Positions 1 to 9,334 of a stretch of 64,000 nt of DNA are shown one piece after another. The DNA lies in sequence record OR352946.1; one strand, 5' to 3'. Every line of letters begins with the position of its first letter. Position 1 is the first letter of the stretch. The position numbers and the translations under genes were made by a program. A model generated the notes under the pieces. It ran no database searches, was not told the origin of the DNA, and was given only the letters and a program-made list of their open reading frames with translations. The DNA is from Escherichia phage AV116.

Positions 1-143
1 GTCATAGACCCAATTTCATTACAACGTCCAATACGAGAATCAGTTACGAATTCCGGGTTTTCTAAAATTTCACGATTGACTGCTTTAAATGCGGTTTGAA
101 AATCTGCGGCTTTGATATATTTCATTGTGTTATGTTTTCCCAT
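1..143 (-). CDS. 42: dCMP hydroxymethylase (gene 42-like), N-terminal fragment; gene continues beyond window start
   Basis: Open minus-strand frame from ATG at 141-143 (MGKHNTMKYIKAADF...FVTDSRIGRCNEIGS) runs off the window; resembles T4 gp42 N-terminus and sits where gene 42 lies downstream of 43. Confidence 0.45.
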   Translation of the reverse strand, partial: MGKHNTMKYIKAADFQTAFKAVNREILENPEFVTDSRIGRCNEIGSM

Positions 144-422
144 GTTTACCTCAATACAATTTATTATATACTCAATTCGTAAAGCTTATTTGAATTTCTT
201 GACAATGTTGATATAACGTAAAGCTTCAGCATCGATACTTCCAAGAACACTATGAAGAAATGCGTCAGCGTAGTATTCCAATTGAACAGGTTTCTTTAAT
301 CACTTTAGCCGCTTTAGTTTTAAACAGGCCCATCAGGGCCTTTTTAAGAATTTGTTCGTTAGTGTTCAGTTTAATAGTCAAAATCTCTTCGTTAAGTTTA
401 TAATTAAAAGTTTTTCTAGAAA

Positions 423-1592
423 TCATTCCGGGTACCTCAAAGCGTCATCAGAGTTAGTTATATCAATAATAGATATAGAGTTTTCTGCTAACCCGTTTTT
501 AGATAATTGACGTTTATAATATCTTTCACAATATGTACACGTCGTCCCGCAGATTTCATTAGCACAATCGAAATCTGGATGTCTGAACCACCTTTTTTCT
601 AAAAAGCCATCTAACAAAGAGGTTTCAATATTTACTGTATGTGAAAACTCAGTTTCGTTTTCAAGAGTGAAAATGGTCTCTAAAGGCTTCCACAGTTCTA
701 ACAAATTACCTTCAAACTTTTCAGAAGCGTATGCTTCAAGAACTTTCAAAATGTAGTCTGTGCTACCTGTACGTCCTGAAACTTTGAATTGAGTGATACC
801 AATATCATTATAAAGTTTCAAATCTTGAGGACGAACAAAACGAGTTCTCAACCAGTTAAATGGGTCTGTATCACGAGCTTTAATACAGTGCTGCATAGGA
901 TATCCGTTTAAGGATTTAGCATCATCAGCGGTAACATCAGTACTATGGAAAATATAGCAAGAGTCACGATAGCTACAATGTGTTGTATACCCTTTACCAG
1001 CATTAGAACAGAACTCATTTACAAGAACTTCAAATATTATATTGTTCTTATTGCAAAACTCTGCTGCACGCTTCAGGAAAGAAACTGAACGGTTCTTATG
1101 AATTCCGCAGCAGACCTTTTTGATATTATACTGGTCATGCAAGTATTTGATTTGAGTTACAGCATCGACATGTAGAATTGTTGAAACTTCAATCTCAATG
1201 TCTTTATTGACTTCACGAACAATTTCCATAACAACAGGGTTAGCGATAGTAATACGCCATACGCCTATTGACCAAAGATACTGAACATAATCCTGAATAG
1301 CTTTCTTCTTCCACTCAACTAGTTCTCTTTTTGAACCAGGATTTATCGTGTTGAGTGTATAGTTAAAGCAAATACCTAATTCGTTACAACGTTTAACGTA
1401 GTCTTCTAACATCTTTTTGTCAACGTCAGGAAGCCTAAAATCAGGTCTGGCTGCTACAAAAGCCATTTCTCTTGTAGAGCCATATACTTCGTTTATCAAG
1501 CTATTAGGATAGGTTTTATTGAGCTCTACGATTTTATCAAGAAGAGCTAAATCAAAATTCGTTCCGATTTTAAAAGTATTCATTTTTTGCAT
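423..1592 (-). CDS. cysteine-rich hypothetical protein, candidate Fe-S/TIM-barrel enzyme or DNA sugar transferase of the hypermodification cassette
   Basis: 389-aa ORF with C-terminal CANEICGTTCTYC cluster and further conserved-looking Cys (VCCG, FCSNAG, HCSYRDSC); weak resemblance to U32-type proteins; no T4 counterpart here. Confidence 0.75.
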   Translation of the reverse strand: MQKMNTFKIGTNFDLALLDKIVELNKTYPNSLINEVYGSTREMAFVAARPDFRLPDVDKKMLEDYVKRCNELGICFNYTLNTINPGSKRELVEWKKKAIQDYVQYLWSIGVWRITIANPVVMEIVREVNKDIEIEVSTILHVDAVTQIKYLHDQYNIKKVCCGIHKNRSVSFLKRAAEFCNKNNIIFEVLVNEFCSNAGKGYTTHCSYRDSCYIFHSTDVTADDAKSLNGYPMQHCIKARDTDPFNWLRTRFVRPQDLKLYNDIGITQFKVSGRTGSTDYILKVLEAYASEKFEGNLLELWKPLETIFTLENETEFSHTVNIETSLLDGFLEKRWFRHPDFDCANEICGTTCTYCERYYKRQLSKNGLAENSISIIDITNSDDALRYPE

Positions 1593-1638
1593 CTCGCGTT
1601 AATTGATGCGATGGTTTTTGCAGGTCTTACTTAAATTA

Positions 1639-2040
1639 TTATAGATTCGGTTTATACGATTTAAATGTTTCGAATTCGCCTTTATTCATAAGAGCTTTGA
1701 ATTCGTCAGGACGCATAGCTTTGTCGTCGATAATCCAATCATATACTGGTTTATGTGTTAGCAAATTATGGTACTTCAAGCCAATGTTTGCCAAGTTCTG
1801 AATCAGACTTGGGAGAATGTCAATTGCTATACGTCCAGGACCTACTGACTTCATACCGCGAGCAGTGTAAAGCGTTATGGTATGCCCTGCATCATACAGG
1901 GCATTAATGGCAGACACCATTTCGACGTCTGGTTTGAAGTTCACGTAATCACGATTGTTATTCCACTCTGTTATACAATCATCGACATCAAAACAAAGAT
2001 TAAGCATGTTTTCTACACGGTGCATTAGATTCGTTCCCAT
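1639..2040 (-). CDS. HAD-superfamily phosphatase-like protein
   Basis: 133-aa ORF with N-terminal FDVDDCIT (DxDx[TV] HAD motif I); same operon as the isomerase and nucleotidyltransferase/kinase. Confidence 0.7.
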   Translation of the reverse strand: MGTNLMHRVENMLNLCFDVDDCITEWNNNRDYVNFKPDVEMVSAINALYDAGHTITLYTARGMKSVGPGRIAIDILPSLIQNLANIGLKYHNLLTHKPVYDWIIDDKAMRPDEFKALMNKGEFETFKSYKPNL

Positions 2041-3710
2041 TGATGAGTGATATCGCCACCGATTGGACGATAGGAAACACCAGTTTCTTTATCAGTTAGT
2101 ACCCATTTACCAGGATTTTTTGTAATCAGAGTAGCCGTTACAGGTTCTGCTACGTCATAACTAATAGAGCCGTCCTGAAGTACACGGCCCATGTTACGTA
2201 ATTGCTTAGTCAGAAGTTCCATACCTTTATAATATGCGGCTACCGCTTTAAGTGGATTATTCTTGAAATAACCACCTAATGCAATCCAGATAATTGCCAC
2301 AGCCAAATGATGATATTCATTAAACGAACTCAGCTTTCCATATTTGTAAACTAATGGATTGATGTTAATAGTCACATTACAAGTTGTTTCATCAATAGTA
2401 AACTGTCCCCAGGTCGGATTAGCATTGAATTCATCATAACCTGAAACAGCATAAAGCACTTTAGCTTCATCATACAATTTTGGCCCGTAAATCTTGGTTT
2501 CACCAAAATATCCACGAGGGTCGATAAATTTGACTTCGCCGTTATCAGTAATCATAGTATTACTGAAGTTCGGGTCACCATGAATAACAGAGTACTGTCC
2601 CTGAGAACGGTTATGATAACGAATAAGGTGTTCTAAAGCTTGTTTCAGCATTGGCTTCAGACGTCCAATCTTAGTGTAGTTCACATGTGTGATTTTACCA
2701 AATGAATCAATCAATGGTTGAATGCTTTCACAACGATCAATAACTTTCGTATAGAATTCTTTAGTGAAATCACGACGAACAGTTTCAGGACTTACAAAAT
2801 AAGTGTCTGTGCTGAATTTCAGTGCATCTAAAATTGCATCAACAATTTGTGGACGAGCAAGACTTGATTTGGATTTAATATATTCAAATGCCGGCTTACC
2901 TTTAATGCGTTCCATTTCAAAGTTATTTTCATTAACAGAAACTAACTGAGGAACTGAATCTGATTTCACTTTCAAATACCACGAAATCTCATCTTTCTGA
3001 AGAGCTCGACCTTGTTCAGTTAATGCGAATTTAGTTACAGTTTCTTCACCAATTTCAACTGCATTAAAACTACGATTAAGTTCACGAACTTCATGAGCCT
3101 TTTCAAGTTTAGGCATATCACCAAGGTCGATGATATTCATAAGCTCTGATTTATTGAATGCGCCGCTGTAAAGGAATTCTACGAAATCACGTCCTTTGCA
3201 GTATTCATGAATTTCCTCATCGGTAGAACCCATGTAGAATTCCCAGTCTTTGAACTGATAAATTCCTACAACATTACCACCTGTTGAACCTACGTTAGTG
3301 ATATTTTCACCGTCGAAATTATACCGACATTCATCACCCTTAACATAGATTGCGTTAACATTCCAAGACCATGAACCAAAATCAGGAATAATATCACACC
3401 AGTTAACAATTACATTATGGCCATCTAAATCTTTGTGTAATTTAGCAAGAGCATAAGCAGAACCATACGCTTCATCAACTGTACGAATAGTCACATTGAA
3501 CCCTTCTTGCTCACAATAAGCTCGAACAGTTTCAGCAAATTTTGAATGAACTACTACGATAATTTCATCTGCGCCAAGGTCAGAATAAATTGTATACAAA
3601 TTGCTCAGAATAGTGTCTTGTTTATAGTTAACAAGCACCTTAGGAATATGATGCGTTATTGGATACAAACGAGTTGCCAGTCCAGCACCAAGAATAACAG
3701 CTTTTTTCAT
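2025..3710 (-). CDS. bifunctional sugar-1-phosphate nucleotidyltransferase / APH-like sugar kinase
   Basis: 561 aa; N-terminal LGAGLATRL (GxGxxTRL nucleotidyltransferase signature); C-terminal HGDPNFSNTMI and IDPRG, typical of choline/aminoglycoside-type kinases. Confidence 0.8.
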   Translation of the reverse strand: MKKAVILGAGLATRLYPITHHIPKVLVNYKQDTILSNLYTIYSDLGADEIIVVVHSKFAETVRAYCEQEGFNVTIRTVDEAYGSAYALAKLHKDLDGHNVIVNWCDIIPDFGSWSWNVNAIYVKGDECRYNFDGENITNVGSTGGNVVGIYQFKDWEFYMGSTDEEIHEYCKGRDFVEFLYSGAFNKSELMNIIDLGDMPKLEKAHEVRELNRSFNAVEIGEETVTKFALTEQGRALQKDEISWYLKVKSDSVPQLVSVNENNFEMERIKGKPAFEYIKSKSSLARPQIVDAILDALKFSTDTYFVSPETVRRDFTKEFYTKVIDRCESIQPLIDSFGKITHVNYTKIGRLKPMLKQALEHLIRYHNRSQGQYSVIHGDPNFSNTMITDNGEVKFIDPRGYFGETKIYGPKLYDEAKVLYAVSGYDEFNANPTWGQFTIDETTCNVTININPLVYKYGKLSSFNEYHHLAVAIIWIALGGYFKNNPLKAVAAYYKGMELLTKQLRNMGRVLQDGSISYDVAEPVTATLITKNPGKWVLTDKETGVSYRPIGGDITHQWERI

Positions 3711-3751
3711 GTTGAAGTCCTCATTGGTAAGTAGGAGTATTGTACACTATT

Positions 3752-3895
3752 CTAGTTAAAGCATTCATACTTTGCTTGTAGTCCAATCATAATCCATCCA
3801 ATCACAAGTGTTGGAATCATTACCGGAGCCGTTAAGCTCCAGTAGATAGTCATGACAAGCATCAATAGTAAAAGTCCTATTGTTATTGCTTTCAT
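3752..3895 (-). CDS. small hydrophobic protein (47 aa, two predicted TM segments)
   Basis: Below ORF-track cutoff; ATG overlaps the stop of the upstream SIS gene (ATGA); MKAITIGLLLLMLVMTIYWSLTAPVMIPTLVIGWIMIGL. Confidence 0.35.
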   Translation of the reverse strand: MKAITIGLLLLMLVMTIYWSLTAPVMIPTLVIGWIMIGLQAKYECFN

Positions 3896-4527
3896 TGTTC
3901 GCCTCGTAACATGGCACCTAGTGCACCGCCTGGATGGAACTTAAGGAAATCATTAGAGGTAAATCCACGTTCAGACGAAAGGTTGATAGCAAACGTATCG
4001 ATAAGCGCTAACAACAATGTAGTGGACATAGTCGGAGCTAAAGAGTTCTCGTCAACTTCTACCGCGATACCGGTACAGAACGTATAATCAAAAAGAGCTT
4101 CGTATTCTTGTGGAATGTCAGGGTTACAATGTAACAGAATCTGTTTAACCTGAGGACGAATCATACGAAGATGTTTAGCAACACCTATCATTTCTTCAGT
4201 CTTACCAGAACGACTGATGTGAACTAATACATCATTAGGTGCAATAAATCCTGCGTCACCATGAGAATAATGCCCAGTGTTCAAGTACATACTTGGGATA
4301 CCGAGTGAAGCAAAAGTCTCGGAAGCTTTAGTTGCGATATTAGCGTTCTTACCAACACCTGTAATAATTACCCGGCTTTCATAATTACTAAGTCCAGGGC
4401 GTCGAAGAGTTTCTAGAATAGCGTTATAACGAGCAGGGTTTTGACTAATTACTTTAGCCATAGTGGCAAGAGATGAAGCTTGTTTTACGATTGCGTCAAT
4501 AGCGATAGTGATTGGTGTAGTTTTCAT
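3892..4527 (-). CDS. SIS-domain sugar-phosphate isomerase (KdsD/GutQ-like arabinose-5-phosphate isomerase, no CBS domains)
   Basis: 211 aa; GVGKNANIATKASETFASLGIPS...HGDAGFI...VHISRSGKTEE matches the SIS/KdsD phospho-sugar binding pattern. Confidence 0.8.
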   Translation of the reverse strand: MKTTPITIAIDAIVKQASSLATMAKVISQNPARYNAILETLRRPGLSNYESRVIITGVGKNANIATKASETFASLGIPSMYLNTGHYSHGDAGFIAPNDVLVHISRSGKTEEMIGVAKHLRMIRPQVKQILLHCNPDIPQEYEALFDYTFCTGIAVEVDENSLAPTMSTTLLLALIDTFAINLSSERGFTSNDFLKFHPGGALGAMLRGEQ

Positions 4528-4567
4528 ATTTCTCTCATTTAATTAGTTGGCCGTCCTTGGCATTATA

Positions 4568-7279
4568 TCAAAAATCAAACATATCGAACAGAGATGCTTT
4601 CTTCTCGTAATCGAGTTTAGCTGCTGATGTGAATCCTTCAAGTGGTTTAATAAATGTCTTCTCAAGGAGAACAGTGTAGTCCATCCAATGAAGTACATCG
4701 TCTTTAATTAAATCTGTGATTTCAGTACCAGAAGGCCATGCGATACATTTATCACCGAATGGGTTTCCTTCACGTAAAGGCAGAACATATACTTTTTCAC
4801 CTTCTACAACTTGCGGTGCATCGATATTACCTTTGATAGCCCGGTTATACGTCAGAATTCCACGAATATGGAACGGGCATTTAGGACCAGGGAATCCACC
4901 GACATCATATTTAGCAATGTTATTCGCAGAAGATACCGACGCGATGCTAATATAATTCAATTGACGGAATTCTTTTTCAAACTCTTTAAAATATTCTTGT
5001 AATGATTCTTCACCTTCTTGAAGCATACGACGAATACATTCTTTAAGAGCTTTCTGTACTGCTTTAGGGGTCGAAGATTTCTGAGTCTCTAGACCCATGA
5101 TTTTGAGTTTAGGCTCAGCGTAACGAGTGCCTTCCATATCCCACACGTTTAATGCATAACGTTTCTTACCAGTCCAGAATCCACCAATACCTTTAGAACC
5201 GAGCGGAGGACCAGCGATAGCTTCTCGGTCCATGAACATTAAGTGTTGTTTATTGTTCATGTATTCACACATTTCACGGAAACCTCTATCAATAGCTGGT
5301 TCCATACGTTCACGTGCAAACTTATCTAAGAAGTCTACCCAATGGTTGGTATCACGGAATTTAGATTCACCAACCTTATCGATAATTTTATCAGCAGATA
5401 CGTAAATAGAGTCTGTATCACCATAAAGAACGAAAGCTTCACCTTCTGTACCACAAACTTCATTCAGATATTCATTAACTTTACGTTCAATCCACTGTAA
5501 AGCCATTTGCCCGAATGTTGTGATTGCAGTAGCATTACGCAAATCATAATAACGGAACCAAACGTTGCCAAGTGCACCATAAAGTGAGTTGATAAGCAAT
5601 TTACGGTTAATTTGTGCAGTCATACCTGCAACTTCAGTACGTTGAGCTCTAAACAACATTTCATTAAGAGATTTAGCAGACAACTTTTTAATCTTTTCTT
5701 TAATCTCATCACTGAAGTCGAAACGATAATCAACATCTAATGGTTCGTCAATAGAAAGATTAGGATTATGCAATGCCTCTTTAATTATTTCACCATTACG
5801 TTGAGCTGCAAGCATGTAACCTTTATGTTCTTTACGTTGATTAAAGACCTTAGTGATTTCAGTTGGAACTACACCATCACGGTCTTTATAATACATCATG
5901 CCGTTAGGAGAACAACTGTACACATCTGAAGGACGTTCAGCGATTGCGTTAATATAATCATGTAATGGAGCTACTTTAAACGTTCCTGCTATTGTTTCTG
6001 GGCTAATATTCACTTGGCGAATGATGCTTGGATACAGAGATGTAAGGTCGAAACTCATTACATATTTGTATCGATTTGGAATAGGTTCCTTAACAAAAGC
6101 GCCGGGATAAGGTTGAACCGGGTGAGAACGACCTTGTGGAATCACCTTGTTCTGCTCTTTAAGGCTATTAAAAATAATAGCATCCCATGTTTTAATTGGG
6201 CTAAACACAGATTGAATCTGTATCTTAGCATAATAACCCATGTCCAAGCTCAAGTTGATGAACTGACGCTTAGCATCAATTTGCAATACACGATACACGT
6301 CGATAATGTTATAAGAAATATATCGTTGGTGATTGCTTTCACGAAGCTTAGAAATAGGGCCGTCATATTTCAGTTTACCAACGTTCAATTCAAATTCTGA
6401 AATGTAATCCAGAGAATACGACGGTTGATTGGTAAAAGAGAATTTTTTGTAAAGGTCAATGTAATCAAGAACAGAGATACCGAACAATGTAATGATTTCA
6501 CGAGAACCATACATGTTTTCGATAACTTTAACACGAGTTTTACGATGTGGCGATAAACGTTTCGCAGTAGATTCGCCAAAAATATTCTTGATTCGGTTAT
6601 ACACATATGGAATATCAAATGACTCAACGTTCCATCCGGTTAAAATGACAGGAGTTTTCTGTTGCCAGAAATTGAGATATTCCATCAATAATTCTTTTTC
6701 GTTATCGAACGGCATATAAATGATTTTATCGATAATTTCAGATGGAACTTCATCACCACCTTGTTCTTGAAGCTTAGCAGCGATTTCAATAGACCATTCT
6801 TCTACATTACCATACGGAGAATTCAATAGATCAAATACGTAGAACCTGTCGTCAATTGAGTCATAATGGGTGATAGCATCAATAGGATGCTTTGCTTGTG
6901 CCGGCTCAGGGAACCCGTCCGGAGATGTTACTTCGATGTCGAAGTTAGCCACACGAATTTTTGTATGGTCGTATTTGATTTCATAGTTATAAGTGTCAGA
7001 CAAATACGCCAATTTGAAATCGTCCATGCCAAGTGCTTCAAGTCCGATATCTTCCATGCGTTTAATCCATTGGGAGGCATCACGCATATTAGCGAACAAC
7101 TTACGAGTACACGGCTTACCGTAGATATCGAAATATTTCGTAGCCTGACTTTCTGGACAATGAGCAAACAGTGATGGTTTATATTCTACTTCACGAGTAC
7201 GTTCACGGCCATTAGAATCGATGTAACGTTCAAAAATTGAATCACCAATCTGTTCAACCGTTAAGTAAAATTCTTTCAT
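4568..7279 (-). CDS. 43: DNA polymerase (family B) gp43
   Basis: 903 aa; recognisable T4 gp43 sequence with exonuclease and polymerase motifs (YGDTDS); flanked by regA-62-44-45 as in T4. Confidence 0.97.
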   Translation of the reverse strand: MKEFYLTVEQIGDSIFERYIDSNGRERTREVEYKPSLFAHCPESQATKYFDIYGKPCTRKLFANMRDASQWIKRMEDIGLEALGMDDFKLAYLSDTYNYEIKYDHTKIRVANFDIEVTSPDGFPEPAQAKHPIDAITHYDSIDDRFYVFDLLNSPYGNVEEWSIEIAAKLQEQGGDEVPSEIIDKIIYMPFDNEKELLMEYLNFWQQKTPVILTGWNVESFDIPYVYNRIKNIFGESTAKRLSPHRKTRVKVIENMYGSREIITLFGISVLDYIDLYKKFSFTNQPSYSLDYISEFELNVGKLKYDGPISKLRESNHQRYISYNIIDVYRVLQIDAKRQFINLSLDMGYYAKIQIQSVFSPIKTWDAIIFNSLKEQNKVIPQGRSHPVQPYPGAFVKEPIPNRYKYVMSFDLTSLYPSIIRQVNISPETIAGTFKVAPLHDYINAIAERPSDVYSCSPNGMMYYKDRDGVVPTEITKVFNQRKEHKGYMLAAQRNGEIIKEALHNPNLSIDEPLDVDYRFDFSDEIKEKIKKLSAKSLNEMLFRAQRTEVAGMTAQINRKLLINSLYGALGNVWFRYYDLRNATAITTFGQMALQWIERKVNEYLNEVCGTEGEAFVLYGDTDSIYVSADKIIDKVGESKFRDTNHWVDFLDKFARERMEPAIDRGFREMCEYMNNKQHLMFMDREAIAGPPLGSKGIGGFWTGKKRYALNVWDMEGTRYAEPKLKIMGLETQKSSTPKAVQKALKECIRRMLQEGEESLQEYFKEFEKEFRQLNYISIASVSSANNIAKYDVGGFPGPKCPFHIRGILTYNRAIKGNIDAPQVVEGEKVYVLPLREGNPFGDKCIAWPSGTEITDLIKDDVLHWMDYTVLLEKTFIKPLEGFTSAAKLDYEKKASLFDMFDF

Positions 7280-7337
7280 TTAATTTCCTTTAGACGAGTT
7301 ATTGTCTTTTGTTTGTTGATGAACTTATTATACTCCA

Positions 7338-7357
7338 AATGGGACCGAAGTCCCATT
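7338..7357 (-). promoter_or_regulatory. RNA hairpin (8-bp stem, UUCG loop) between regA and gene 43
   Basis: Perfect palindrome aatgggac-cgaa-gtcccatt in the regA-43 intergenic region, upstream of the gene 43 start. Confidence 0.4.
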
Positions 7358-7360
7358 GCT

Positions 7361-7729
7361 TTAATTACCAATTGTATATTTTGCTTTCAAAGTCCAGTCA
7401 TCTTTCTGTTTAAAAGAGATAACACGGAAGTTATTAGTCAGGCCAAACAGATCTTCACGAGCAGAGTCTTCAATAACAATCAAGCCCCAGTCTTCAAGCA
7501 ACTGAGCAATCGAATCACGTCGTTGGTAGTCTTCACCATCAATATCAACCTGACGTCCGTCCATACGCAGCATTTCTTTAAAGTGGACGATGTAGTATTT
7601 ACCTTGCTTTTGGAGGATATGACAAGACTGATAAAGAACTTTATCCTTGTTATTAGCGATGCCCATACGGGTCAGAGTCTCTTTGACTTTCAGAAAATCT
7701 TCGGGGTTCTTCAATTTAATTTCGATCAT
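7361..7729 (-). CDS. regA: RegA translational repressor
   Basis: Matches T4 RegA (MIEI.LK.PEDFLKVKETLTRMGIANNKDKVLYQSCHILQK...); ORF track starts 9 nt earlier (7738), start chosen by homology. Confidence 0.9.
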   Translation of the reverse strand: MIEIKLKNPEDFLKVKETLTRMGIANNKDKVLYQSCHILQKQGKYYIVHFKEMLRMDGRQVDIDGEDYQRRDSIAQLLEDWGLIVIEDSAREDLFGLTNNFRVISFKQKDDWTLKAKYTIGN

Positions 7730-7731
7730 TT

Positions 7732-8295
7732 TTACCATTCCAATGCTAATTTTTTAAATTGTTTTTGTTCTTTCACATTTTTTGTAACTTCTTTGAGAAA
7801 CTCATCAGTGACCATGGCCTTCAGTTCTTTAAGGACTATTGGCAACTTGTTATTTTTTTCAAGGAGCCGCTTATACTCGGTAGCATCATTCATGTTGATT
7901 GTGTAATGTTTCATCAACAGTTTGATAACTAGTAACTCTGAAGTGTCTTCAACTAGTTTAGCCCATTTAGAGAATCGACGACCACGCGGAATTGCAGCCA
8001 TCATATAGTTGAAGTGCGCTTCATCACTTAATTCAGAACCGACTAAGTTCATCATGTAAACAGCTGGCATACATTCCGGGAACTGGGATAATGAGTTCTC
8101 AACCATAAATTTTGAGTAGTCGACCTGAGCAATTGACGTAGATTTCTTTTCATTAATAGCATTAATGATTTTAAAGAATTCATTCTCAGGTTTTTCTTTA
8201 AACATGTCAGCACATTTTTGAATCGCATCAGCGTCGTTAGACTTCCATGCAATTTGGTGCTCGTTAAGTTGGACGTCATCATCAAATAAGTTCAT
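7732..8295 (-). CDS. 62: clamp loader small subunit gp62
   Basis: 187 aa; T4 gene order regA-62-44-45. Confidence 0.88.
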   Translation of the reverse strand: MNLFDDDVQLNEHQIAWKSNDADAIQKCADMFKEKPENEFFKIINAINEKKSTSIAQVDYSKFMVENSLSQFPECMPAVYMMNLVGSELSDEAHFNYMMAAIPRGRRFSKWAKLVEDTSELLVIKLLMKHYTINMNDATEYKRLLEKNNKLPIVLKELKAMVTDEFLKEVTKNVKEQKQFKKLALEW

Positions 8296-8296
8296 A

Positions 8297-9259
8297 TTAT
8301 TTCCAAGTCAGTTCGCAGGTCAGTTGAAGAAGCATATACATAACATGTAATTCAATATTACTTGCTAATCCATGAAACTTATTGTTTTCGCCTGCAATTT
8401 CATAAAGCGAAATAATACTTTTACCAGGTGCAACTTGGTCATAACATTCTGAAACTAATTTATCGATGAACCATGAATAATCTGCGGCATATTTTGGAGC
8501 TAATGCACGAAGTTGTTTGATATCTTTATTTTTCATTGCTTCTATGACATCATCTACCGTGCCACGGTCATTAGTTACGATAGACAAAATACCCGCATCA
8601 AGAACACCTTTAGACGAGTACTGGTCTAATTGACCAATTGTACGACGAAAGTCCGGGAAGTTCTTTTTAACCAGAGCTGCAACAACTTTCATATCAGCGA
8701 TTTCGATATTTTCGTTCTTACAGATTTCAACCATACGATGAATCATTTTCTTCATCATCGAGATTTTATCTTCTTCGGTTGGACGTCCGAATTCGATAAC
8801 TCGACAACGACTACGTAACGGTTCGATAATTCCATCGATGTTGTTAGCAGTAATAATAATAGAACAGTTACTAGAGAATTCTTCCATAAACGTACGAAGG
8901 TGACGTTGTGATTCGGCGAGGCCACTACGGTCAAATTCATCGATAACGATAACTTTCGGCTTGCCTTCCATTGAGACTGAACGAGCGAATGCAGTTAATG
9001 GACCACGCACAAAATCAATCTTACAATCAGAACCGTTGACGAACATCATTTCGGCATTAATATCATTACATAATGCTTTTGCTACGGTTGTTTTACCTGT
9101 ACCAGGAGAAGGAGAGTGTAAAATAATATGAGGAAGTTTTCCTTTAGATACTAAAGACTTGAATGTTTCATGGTCATACGCAGGCAGAATACATTCGTCA
9201 ATGGAAGAAGGACGATATTTCTGTTCTAGAATGTGTTCTTTGGAATTGATAGTAATCAT
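8297..9259 (-). CDS. 44: clamp loader ATPase gp44 (AAA+)
   Basis: 320 aa; Walker [11 protein letters not shown], Walker B VIVIDEFD; close match to T4 gp44. Confidence 0.95.
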   Translation of the reverse strand: MITINSKEHILEQKYRPSSIDECILPAYDHETFKSLVSKGKLPHIILHSPSPGTGKTTVAKALCNDINAEMMFVNGSDCKIDFVRGPLTAFARSVSMEGKPKVIVIDEFDRSGLAESQRHLRTFMEEFSSNCSIIITANNIDGIIEPLRSRCRVIEFGRPTEEDKISMMKKMIHRMVEICKNENIEIADMKVVAALVKKNFPDFRRTIGQLDQYSSKGVLDAGILSIVTNDRGTVDDVIEAMKNKDIKQLRALAPKYAADYSWFIDKLVSECYDQVAPGKSIISLYEIAGENNKFHGLASNIELHVMYMLLQLTCELTWK

Positions 9260-9285
9260 GTAATTTTCCTCATTATCATTAAACT

Positions 9286-9301
9286 GGAGGATTTCTCCTC
9301 C
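9286..9301 (-). promoter_or_regulatory. RNA hairpin GGAGGA-GAAA-UCCUCC between genes 45 and 44
   Basis: 6-bp stem with GAAA tetraloop on the transcript, upstream of the gene 44 ribosome-binding site. Confidence 0.35.
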
Positions 9302-9334
9302 ATAATCGTATCACAATAAACGTAAAGCTTTGAC

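Noticed and set aside
327-345. GGCCC-ATCA-GGGCC hairpin with downstream T5 as a terminator between gene 42 and the 389-aa gene
   Set aside because: The T-run is on the plus strand while all neighbouring genes are minus-strand, and the stem is only 5 bp; orientation and function ambiguous.
423-1592. Annotating the 389-aa protein as a radical SAM enzyme
   Set aside because: The CX3CXφC spacing exists but is near the C-terminus with a fourth Cys immediately upstream; canonical radical SAM motifs are N-terminal, so only a generic Fe-S/metal-binding hypothesis is retained.
3892-4527. Interpreting the SIS protein as GmhA (heptose pathway) rather than an arabinose-5-phosphate isomerase
   Set aside because: The GxGKS...HGDxG...SxSGxTxE pattern and spacing resemble KdsD/GutQ more than the GmhA motif; the heptose alternative is not excluded without a profile search.
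7313-7906. 197-aa plus-strand ORF (and other plus-strand ORFs at 6014..6400, 11007..11459, 12754..13188, 14801..15232, 44845..45363, 45901..46344, 46727..47095)
   Set aside because: All lie antisense to well-supported conserved minus-strand genes (43, regA/62, 46, 47 and others), have no recognisable motifs or ribosome-binding sites, and look like shadow ORFs in AT-rich sequence.
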